In this document: positions 49,555 to 60,041 of the stretch, piece after piece | Layout: each line of letters opens with the position of its first letter | Numbering within the stretch: position 1 is the first letter of the stretch | DNA from: Girardia tigrina | Taxonomy: Eukaryota | Length of the DNA stretch: 60,041 nt | NCBI GenBank assembly: GCA_001938485.1 | Contig: MQRK01236221.1 | Location: forward strand, 1-60,041 | Reading direction: 5' to 3' | Notes under the pieces: model-generated | Databases searched by the model: none | What the model saw: the letters and a program-made list of their open reading frames with translations, nothing else | What the model was told of the DNA's origin: nothing | Program-made: the position numbers and the translations under genes

Positions 49555-50875
49555 AATAAGAAATTTAAAAAATAATGGCAAAATTTTATAATTAAGAACG
49601 CCATTAAAATCAACTTTTATTGCAATATATTTCGGTGGATTTTCCAACATCTTCAGACTGAATTAACAACAATTTCGCTGTCTTATATACAGCAAATTGA
49701 TGATTATGTAAACATCTTGCGTAATAACTAATTAAATATTTTCAACAAATTGGAAGAGAGACTTGTTTGTACATTAATGGACGGATTAAGTGATTTAAAA
49801 CAGTATTTTCTATATTAAAATTACAAATTCAAAATAATTTTCTTAAATTGATAAGTTTTTTATTTTGTGCAGTAATTTTATCATTAATTAATTTGTCGGA
49901 AATACTATCAGAAAATTCATTACACAATTGAAAGCAATAATCATCACTTACATTTCTAAGACCAGTTTCAACTATTGTAAATTCATTCATCAGTCGACTT
50001 CTGTGTTTCTTTTCTTTCTCGATCATTCTTCTCAGAATTTTTCTGTGAATTCTTCTAATATCCTCCGACAATAGGCAATCATGTAATTTTGATTTAAAAA
50101 TGAAAGAATTTGATTTATATGAAAGAATGCAATTCAGCCTTTCAAGAGATATATGAAAATCGTGAATTCTCTTAAAAGAAAAGAAGCGGACTTATATTTT
50201 CTTGAAACGTGCAATGAAGAAAAAATGATACCTTCTTTCATTTTTAAATCAAAATTACATGATTGCCTATTGTCGGAGGATATTAAAAGAATTCACAGAA
50301 AAATTCTGAGAAGAATGATCGAGAAAGAAAAGAAACACAGAAGAAAATTATTTGGAATTTGTAATTTTAATGTAGAAAATACTGTTTTAAATCACTTAAT
50401 CCGTCCATTAATGTCCAAACAAGTCTCTCTTCAAATTTGTTGAAAATATTTAATTAGTTATTACGCAAGATGTTTGCATAATCATCAATTGCCATCATCA
50501 ATAAACAATATATGCCATTCTTTCCCTCAAATTGAACCCCCTAAAGAAGTTTTCATACTGAATGGTTTCTGCTTCCAATTGTGTCTCCAAGATCAGAGTG
50601 TGAATGTATTCATAAACATAAGTCGTCGAGTTGTCATAATAACAACTATCAATGGTAGAACATACTTTCACTAATATCAGATTTATGGTATTGACCTTTC
50701 GTTTGTAAATTATGTTGAAATAAACGTTAAATATAATTATTTATTACGCAAGATGTTTGCATAATCATCAATTTGCTATATATAAGACAGCGAAATTGTT
50801 GTTAATTCAGCCTGAAGATGTTGGAAAATCCACCGACATATATTGCAATAAAATTTGATTTTAATGGCGTCCCTA
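49555..50875. mobile_element. Head-to-head pair of internally deleted mini-Penelope copies, each with an HHR
   Basis: Minus copy 49555-50108 and plus copy ~50110-50875. The PLE N-terminus is fused directly to the endonuclease tail KSLNPSINVQTSLSSNLLKIFN*, then promoter, HHR and ATGGCG. Confidence 0.85.
49621..49660 (-). ncRNA. Hammerhead ribozyme motif with weak stems
   Basis: CTGAAGA-T-GTTGG-aaaat-CCACC-GAAA-TATA-TT^GC. The plus-strand twin at 50810-50846 has GAAA changed to GACA. Confidence 0.65.
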
Positions 50876-50889
50876 AAAATAGTTTATCT

Positions 50890-51902
50890 TTTGATGAGAT
50901 TCATTCTTTGAGCCTTTTGGATTACTTCATGGTTTCTTAGGTGCTTTTCTTGAAGATAGTTTTACATTGATCAAAAAAAGTAATAGCGTGATGGGTTACA
51001 ATCTGATGAATAGGAAGCGTGAAGTATAGCTTCTCTTTTAAAAGGTTCCAACATGTTTTTATTTGGAAAAAAACTTTTTCGTTCAAGGCATAGTTCAAAT
51101 CTATCAGCAGCTGCGTCATAATAACATCTTTATGATCCCGGAAAATGAAAAGCATCATCACTCGTCCATGACTTGTACCTGTTCGCATCTTTAAATATGG
51201 CTTCTCTACAGACAGTTTCCACTCTGCTGACTTGTGAAATTGTTACTATAAATGCAAACAGATTGGGGTTTCCTCCTCTGTCAATAAATTTGCCAAGACA
51301 GTATTACCCTGCTGGTCCTACAGTTTGAAGTTTTTGTGACTGTTTTCCAAGTGATTTCGCATCATTTCACCAGGAAAGAAGAGGATACGAATCTGGAGCA
51401 CAGTTCTCTGATATCATTGGATTTTAATTTGACGTTGACTGTACCAACACTAATGTTGAGCTTCGTTGACAGCATTTTCATCGTAATTCGACGCTCTTCT
51501 TGGACTATCTTCTACAAGTTTTCATCAACTATATCAAACATTTCTTGTAACCAACCGGATTTTTCTTGATCAAAAACGGAGATTCGGCCACCTTTAAACT
51601 TGACCTAATATTTAAAAGCTGTCAGAAATGGGAAGTCATATATGTAAGTTGACTGCAAACGATCGTAGATTTCCCTTCATGTCTTCTTGTGTAACACAAT
51701 AAATTTGATAACATTAGATATTCGACGTTTGAAATTATCGCACTGACGAAAATTCACAATGTCACAATAAACATTTCAATGCGTTTTATAAAAAAGTTAC
51801 TGAAATTAAAACCTATTTTAATTTATTTAATCACTCAAAAAACTGAAATTTTCTAGTACATGTTTTTCATCTTTTTTCCCCTGTACTTATTAAACACACC
51901 AC
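50890..51902 (-). mobile_element. Heavily decayed mariner element
   Basis: VIKFIVL...EIYDRL...KFKGGRISVFD...RRITMK and HASYSSDCNPSRYYFF. TIR-like GTGGTGTGTTTAATAAGTAC. Confidence 0.7.
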
Positions 51903-54900
51903 ATCAAACGCTTTAGTTGTAAAACTCCTCCGAAAAAAAATGATTACGAAATTTTTTTTTATTTTTCAATCAATAAATATTTCAAAGTATAAAATCCTTT
52001 CTATGGATTGTTCAGAGAATTTTCCAAAATTTTATAATGGTAAATTAATCATTGGAAAAGTAGTGTAATGATCCTTTACTGAATTATTTTTAATTTCTTA
52101 ACAAAGCTGAGAATATACATAATGACGTGTTTCGTCCGCCGTGCGGCTCGCTTGTGTTTTCGGTGATCGTTGGGACCCGCTGTCAGCCGTTAACTGCTCG
52201 TGTCCACGATCCTCACACCCATCTAAGAGACTCTAAAGAGATATTTACAGAATCAGTCGAAAACGAACTGTCGAATTTGAATGAAGAATCAAATAATACG
52301 TTCGCAGTGTTTCAACACATTGAAAATCGTATCGCTTCAATTAATCGAGGTAATAAATTTTATGATCAGCGACAATAATTAAGAATCATCAGAGAACAAT
52401 GTTCATCTTTCATCAATGTCGAGCACAAATTCAAATAATAAAAATCGAATTCTAATTTAGCAAAATTTTATTTAATCAATTTTTAAATGTGAACAAAAAT
52501 TAATTGCCGCAACAATATCGAAAATTCAGTCGCCGTGAAATTGTAAAATGTAAAATGTCAGGGTTCTCTGAACAATAACTGTTTCATGAAGAATAATTGG
52601 TAATCAATATTTAGTGTTTTATTTAAATAATTAACTAATAAAATAAATCATTAAATTAAATAATTCAAATAACTAAACGAAAGTTAAGTAAAAAACATTT
52701 TAAATTTAAAAAAATAATAAGTAATTTAAATTGTGAAATTTTATCTCATATGACGTTATCGATTTAATTCCAGGAATTGGAGTTAACAAAGTCGAGCTCT
52801 GATTGGCTAGCCAATCAAAGTTGTTGTGAGATCGAATAGAATGTCCTTTTTTATTTGTCTCGAATATCAAATAATTTATTTTTGACCAAATTTTGATTTT
52901 ACATCTTGTTTTGTAAATGTATGTTGTGATGAAATTTTGAAACAAATTGTCATTGATTTAATTCGAATATATTTGAACTGTTTTTATGGAAGATTAAAGC
53001 CGATATTTCGGTTGATAAATTAATGAATAAACAATAATCAAAAAACAAATTGAATTTCGTTATGTTTTCAAATACTTGCTTTGAATTTTATTTGTTGACC
53101 GATAAAATTTCTATAAAAAATTTAATCTTATGTCTTTCGAAGAAGAAATCCCTTTCGCCAAAATCATTGGAAAAGTAGTGTAATGATCTTTTACTGAATT
53201 ATTTTTAATTTCTTAACAAAGCTGAGTCAGTCACCAATAAGTAAAATTTATCCGTTGACCTAGCTCATACTTATGACATTCCAACTGTTTTTCATTCAGC
53301 GCAATAGCTTTTTTTTCAAGTACCTACTGATTAAGAAAGTTATAATTTTATATTGAACAATTACTATCCAGGTTTAGCTAAAGTATTCTTTAAATGTATT
53401 TTTTATCTCACAATGTCTGATATATCTGCATATTCTGGGTATGTTCTTCGATATTCTTTTACTTTTCTCTGTGTGTCTTTATACTTATTTTATATACAAT
53501 AACACAAAGTTGTGATCTAATTAAGAATCTTATTCAATTTTTTTAAAATATCTTTTTTTTATACTTTGAACTCTTCAAGGGTTCATATGCTTTCTTGGCC
53601 AGATGAATCCAGCTTGGATTTATATTTATCGAATGTTTAAAAACACGTTTGTTATTATCACTCCAAAGCATTCCACTAACCAGAACAATCTATCACCTTC
53701 AGAGGATGTTTGATTGCCTAATCAAAATCTTATGATACAAGATATGCCATTTTTTCCCTCAAATTTAACCCCTTAAAGGAGTTTTCGTACAGAATGGTTT
53801 CTGCTTCCAGCTGTGTCTCCAAGATCAGAGTGTGAATGTATTCATAAACATAAGTCGTCGAGTTGTAATAATAACAACTGTCAATGGCAAAAAATACTTT
53901 CACTAATATCAGATTTATGGTATTGACCTTTCGTTTCTAAATTCTGTTGAAATAAACGTTATATATAATATTTCTTTTTGAAAATTGAGTTAGAAATGGT
54001 ACTTTCCTTTTCCTTTCTACCCTGTAAAGGATCAACTATTTAATATTTTTCCCCAATGTACGATGTTGGAAACTATTTAAATATGTATAAAAGATTATGT
54101 TTTAATGTGCTATCGGTTTTTGTTTTCTTTGTAAAGAACATTCTAGCTTTAGATGCTACTCATATTTTTAACATTTTTATAAGTATTATTTGACATCTAA
54201 AATATCCTAAATTGAATTCTTAAGAGTCTCATCAACTCTCTCGTCTTCCTTCTTGAATAATATTACACTATCCAACAGGTAAAAGACTTTATTAAAGGCA
54301 TAGGATTGACTCTGCTTATGCAGAGTAAAATAAATAAACTACTGATTCCAAATCTGAAGTCAGTTTATGTCCAGATTCCTCAATTTTCTAGAAAATTATG
54401 GTAATATATTTTTAAAAATTAAAAATGTAATTTCCTATACATTTTTTATAAAATTAAAATAATATATAATTAATATATGCAGTCTAATAACTTAGGAAGT
54501 TTTGGAAGGAAGTACAATATAATGATTCATTAAAACAAACACTAAAAATTCTAGATAAAAATTAAAAAACCTATTGCCAGGAAGCAATCATATTGGAATA
54601 TGTATATTCTAGAATGATTGTGCTACGGTCCGACATTTGACAATCACAAAAAGAAAAGGAGGATAGTCCAGCTCGACTATCCACCATTCAAAAATAAACC
54701 CAGTGAACAGAGCCCGAATCCACTTCCTTACCCAGACACCCTTTGAAGCCGCGAATCTTTGAGGAAAAACTTAGTTAAAAGATTCTTAATTAATTAATTA
54801 ATTAACTTACCAAAATGATTCTATATGAATCATAACATCATCCAAGATTACAGACATCGGTTTGTATAACTACTAGCGATTACACCCCTCCAGTAAACAA

Positions 54901-56399
54901 ACGAATGCTCCATACAAACTCGCAAGATGCCACCCATGTGCTGTAGACGAAGAATAACAGTTGAAACTGACGTAGTAAAATTAGATGATTTACCGATAAC
55001 CGTTGTTACGCAGTCGGCTATGCAACTACCCGCGAAGGATTCATCGAAGAGATAACCATTAGACAGATAAACAACTGACGGCAGGAACGGACTAAGCAGT
55101 TGCAGACTATCTAAAATAAATAATTATACCGAAAATTAGCATCACCAACGAACCTGCACTACGGGCATGATGAACACATCTGGTAACTGTCAGGTAAACA
55201 TTGCACGAAATTGCAATCCTTCCTTTCCCCCCCCCTTCCATTCTGCCAGATAAACAGCTGTGTACCAATAAGCAGCGTACACAGGATGGCAGATGCCGAC
55301 AACAGGAGTCCGCAGTACGATTCGCGAGTGAAGACGCACAATCTCTACATCCTGTTCTTTCGATAATCGGTGTCTCTGATTAGGAGATAACCCCCCCTCT
55401 CTTTCGTCTCACTAGAAACATATGCTAAAGGACACACGCAGTTTAGCGTGCAATCGACTAGGTATATATACATAGTGCATCCTGACAGGCATGACAAAAA
55501 ATTCACTGAACAATTGTAAAACAAAATTTTCGCATACAATTTAACAACTTTTACATAAGAGTATTTTGCACATAGTCTTCATAACATTTTGTATAATTTA
55601 TTCACGTACAACAATTTGCACAGCATTTTTATTGAATACCAAACTTCATTTGAAAATCTTTTCTAATTTCTTTGCGAACGGAATAACAAGAAGTATGATC
55701 TATTGGAACTTGGTTTTATTTATTTTATTTTATTTATTTATTTTATTATTTTGTTAATATTACATCAAATGAGAGATTGAATTTGAGGCTCACGGAGCTA
55801 TAATATAATATCAAGGTAAAATAAAGTAAAGTGAGAATTGAATGAACTATAAAAATGTTGATAATTAGTGTAAACATTAACAGTGGCGAGGAACCTTTTG
55901 GAGGTTACGCAGGCCGACCGCAGAATGCGAGGGGCACGCAGATTGACCGACGTTTATCTCCTTGAAGCTCTCTTCGCCTGTCATCATTAAAATTAACATT
56001 TCGAAGTCTTTAAATGAACGGTAACATCAATCCTGCCGGATACTGAGGCCACCGGTCAAGAAATACTCGCTACCGGTTCGAACCCGAAGGCGCTCCGAAG
56101 TACACACAACTTGTTGATGTGCGCGGAGGAAACGCGTTTGTTCCCGTAAGCAATGAGAAGTGACAATGAATGGCCAAGGAGAATTTTAAATGCGTATGAG
56201 TTGCCGTTGAACTCAAAAAACGGATGGGGGCTCAGAGTTGTTGAGAGAAGGAAACACGACAATTGTGACAATGTATTATTTTTTATATTATCTATATTTT
56301 TTTATATATATTATCCTTATAATTCCTTCTAGAATTTTCTATAATGATAGATAAGTCATTGTTTTCCAGTACTGCATTTATATTTCATTCTCATGTATT

Positions 56400-57395
56400 C
56401 TTGTTTATTTAAGAATAGCCCAATAGCTTCTGCTACATATGTGGCGAATATACAACGAGTAGGTATCAACGGACTCTCACAGACAAAGTGAAAAAAAGTT
56501 ATATTTTCAGTGCGGTGTTGGTAATCAGAATCAAGCATGGACATCCCATACATTTTGTGTGAAAGGCTCATTGGGACTTTATTCCTGGTTCGAAACTGGA
56601 CGAGGCCTTCCTTTTGGTGTACCCATGATATGGAGAGAGCAACAAAATCATGTAGTAGATTGATACTTCTGTGCCTTCTCGCTTACTGGGATCTAAACTA
56701 GAGACAGGCGTTTAAATATCTAGTCAAGAAATTGTATGCGCTAAGCGCGATAAAGATTAAAGAAAGAGTGTTTGTGGGACCTCAGATCAAAGACTCGTTG
56801 GACGACAACCAGTTTGAAGAGATCATTGAACACCTTATTTTGAACTTGTGAATTAGCTACTACACTCTTAAAAACTTTTTGGGTGCAATATATCTCTAAA
56901 GGTTCAATTTTTGATGTCTCATTTTGATTCTTCCATCATTTGAGAGAATATTGGCAATGTCAGTGTCTAACATTGAGAGCGTTATCATGAAGACGTCGCT
57001 GTAATGGAAAAACGGTACAAGGGAAAATGGACATATTTCATGCTTGTGGAATACTATTATATTAGGCAACTTGATGTTCCTGACATTTGCTATAAGCGAG
57101 CAACTCTTTCAAAACATTTCTAAGCAGTGTTTACATCTATTCCGTTACTATTCCTTCATATCTGTTTGTATTAAAGCGTTTTCTGTTTAACTAAAACAGT
57201 TCTCAATTCACAAATTCTACCTAAAATACTCTTAAAATGGGGGAAATAATTTCTCTGACTTTTATACTACTGGAGGCATGGTGACCAAAATTTACATTAG
57301 ATTCGAAATCAGGGTTATAAAAATAGAAGGAATATGGTGAATTTATTCATGAACAAAGTAAAAATTTTAAAGGGAAAATTTTTCGGATAGTGTTA
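56400..57395 (+). mobile_element. Internally deleted Chapaev3-like transposon
   Basis: SFCYICGEYT; KIKERVFVGPQIK; GCNISLKVQFLMSH; ERYHEDVAVMEKRYKGKW. Ends ...GTG|TTA. Confidence 0.7.
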
Positions 57396-57528
57396 TTAAA
57401 TAATAAAATATTTTTTTAATGTTGTGCCATTTTACTTTTGGAAAAAAAACTTACCTCACATAAAATCTTTTAGTTATCAATTTTTTTGTAATATTTATTA
57501 ATATGTTTTCATTCAGCTCGTTTTATCT

Positions 57529-57580
<52 letters not shown>

Positions 57581-58376
57581 TGTATTTGCAGATTAATCAA
57601 ATCCACTATTTTCACTATATAAAAAAAGATAATAGTCAAACAAGGTTTAAACTAGATTGATCCAAAAGACGGGATAGTGATGGATTAATCTAGTCGCGAA
57701 ACTAACAATGAAAAAATAAAGTCAAACTAATAAATAATAATATTAATCTAATTTTAACAATTAGTAAAAGGTACAAATGAACGTGCATAAATCTAAAGCT
57801 GAATATTAATAGATTCGAAATAGAATTTAGTCCAGACAGGAAAATTGCCGGAAATTGTCTGTTTCTGATAATAACTCTGACAGATTCGAGATAATTGTAA
57901 TCTGATTGTAATCTAATTGTAATTCTGATTAAAATTATTATTTCCACGGAATTATTTCTGATCAATTTTTATATTGATCGTTAATTCAAAATTTTACATT
58001 CAAAATAATTAATTAATTGTTAATGTTTTTTAATTTATTGTTAATAGCTTTTTCTTTTCTTTTTTTTATTCTTCGTTTTTCTTTCTTTAAAAATGTAACT
58101 ATAATTTCTTGTCAATAAATCGTCGTTACTCACGCATAGGAGAAAAATAAATATAATACATTTACACAACAAAAGTGAAAGAATTATGAAAGTGGACAAA
58201 AGTACACATGAGCTGATGTCATTCAAAGTGAAAATAAAAATAAAAATAAAAATCAAGAAATTACATAACTAAAAATGTCAGAGAGTCAGTCACTATTCCC
58301 TCACACATACACACACGTCAACAAGAAAAAAGAGTCACATTCGTAAAGAAAAATATGCGGAGTCTTGTAATGTATT

Positions 58377-58420
<44 letters not shown>

Positions 58421-58729
58421 ATAAACTTATTTATTTATTGATGTTAAATTATTTATTATTTATATACACAATTTAAATAATTTAGTATTATTAGTGTATT
58501 AGGTGTAATATTATTATTAGGTGTATTATTAGTATCATTTCTTCACTCTCATGCAACTCATTTTAATTGAAATAACATCATTTAACAACTTGTCAAGCTT
58601 TCCATTGAGTTTAATTAATTAAATATTTCAAAATATAATTTTTCTAGATATTGTTTTTATACATTTAATAAAAGAATAAAAGCAATTTCAAGTTCGTTGA
58701 ATCGAACTTTAAATTACTTTTACAATATA

Positions 58730-59997
58730 TTAGGTTGGGGAAAAAGTAATCCATTATTTTAATCCATTATTTTAATTCATTATTTATCGAGCAAACAATT
58801 TCAAATTTATGCTCTTTGTCAAGGTAACATTTCACAGTAATTTCACAAAAAAATTTTTTGCTTTTTTTTATTCAGTTCTGAGTTACACAGTGTTAAAAAT
58901 GGAAGTCAACAAATAAAAAATTCGGTACATTTTATAGTTTTTATACGATAAAAGCGAAAATGCAAGCCAGGCGACTGTTATTGTGAATGGTGTTTATGGT
59001 GCCAATACTGTAACAACTAATTACACGCAATTTTGGTTTCGTCGATTTCGTGGAGGCATTTTTGATGTTAAAGATGCATCTCGCACAGGCAGGCCTATCG
59101 TTGAAAATGTCGATAATATCTCGGCAATGGTCAAAGTTGACCGGCATGTTAGTAATCGTAACATCGCACATGAGCTGAAGATCGACCACAAAACGGTTTT
59201 AAACCATTTTGGCAAAGCAGGATTCAAAAAGAAACTTGATGTTTGGGTTCCACAGCAATTAACACCAAAAAACATGATGGATCGAAGTTCCATCTGCGAA
59301 GCCTTGGCCAAATGAAATGAAATCGATCAATTTCTTAAACGGATGGTTACTGGGGATGAGAAATGGGTCACATACGACAATATTGTAGGAAAACGATCGT
59401 GTTCAAAGCACGGTGAAGCACCTCAAACGGTCGCCAAACCCGGATTAACCATTAGGAAGATTCTACTGTGTATTTGGTGGAAATGGAAACGAATCATTTA
59501 TTATGAGTTGCTTCCGTATGGCCAAGCACTAAATTCAGATCTGTACTGTCAACAACTGGACCATGTGAAGATAGTAATTGATGAGAAACGATCAGAATTG
59601 GCCAACAGAAGAGGTGTTGTGTTCCCTCACGACAACGCCAGACCATATACGTCTGTAGTGACTCACCAGAAACTCAGGGAGCTTGGTTGGGCAGTTTTAA
59701 TGCATCCACTATATAGTCCGGACCTGGCACCAAGTGATTACCACCTTTTTCTTGCATTGCAAAATTTCCTGAGTGATAAGAAATTGGGATCAATATAAGA
59801 TTGTGAAAATCGATTACTACAGTTTTCGCCAATAAGGACCAAGACTTCTACGAGGGAGGCATTATGAAACTACCTTCAAAATGGCAACTAATTATACAAC
59901 AAAACGGTGCATATTTGACTCCAAGAGGACAATCCGAAACATATTAAATAAAGTTTTGAATTTCATGCCAAAATAATTGATTTCTTTTTCCCCAACG

Positions 59998-60000
<3 letters not shown>
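58730..60000 (+). mobile_element. Full-length mellifera-subfamily mariner with in-frame stops
   Basis: TIRs TTAGGTTGGGGAAAAAGTAATCCATTATTTT / AAAATAATTGATTTCTTTTTCCCCAACGTAA, TA-flanked. ATG 58899 MEVNK*KIRYIL, WVPQQL, TGDEKW, HDNARP, YSPDLAPSDYHLF. Confidence 0.95.

Positions 60001-60041
<41 letters not shown>

Noticed and set aside
52123-52190. Minus-strand CTGACAGCGG-GTCC...GGAC-GAAACACGTC resembling a hammerhead
   Set aside because: The core is not CUGANGA, spacing is wrong and no stem I is evident.
54600-56270. GC-richer stretch with a PBS-like ACA|GTGGCGAG (~55880) and purine tracts, suggesting LTR element remains
   Set aside because: No paired LTRs or recognisable gag/pol motifs could be established by eye.
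59021-59311. Antisense ORFs over transposases (also 12804-13088, 33485-34471 and similar)
   Set aside because: Shadow frames of TE coding sequence with no independent support.

Overview
AT-rich eukaryotic (animal) draft scaffold with five N gaps and no confidently intact host gene. A short 18S rRNA fragment resembles triclad flatworm V4 from memory (unverified). Most recognisable sequence is decayed mobile DNA: Penelope-like retroelements (PLEs), a Gypsy pol remnant, RTE-like LINEs ending in C2H2 fingers, several Tc1/mariner lineages, and hAT, Chapaev3-like, piggyBac-MITE and Helitron remnants. Main highlights: (1) a series of minimal type I hammerhead ribozyme (HHR) motifs, five of which sit in a conserved paired-bZIP-site/TATA/HHR/ATG cassette; (2) an internally deleted, HHR-bearing non-autonomous mini-Penelope in head-to-head copies; (3) an HHR copy that stops at its cleavage site and runs into (TAA)n; (4) a cryptic, highly diverged multi-block repeat family between the transposons, with a possibly linked 14-bp hairpin showing compensatory changes; (5) three inserts flanked by unusually long (28-65 bp) direct repeats; (6) a 236-bp spacerless palindrome. 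All alignments were done by eye, so boundaries of decayed elements are approximate.
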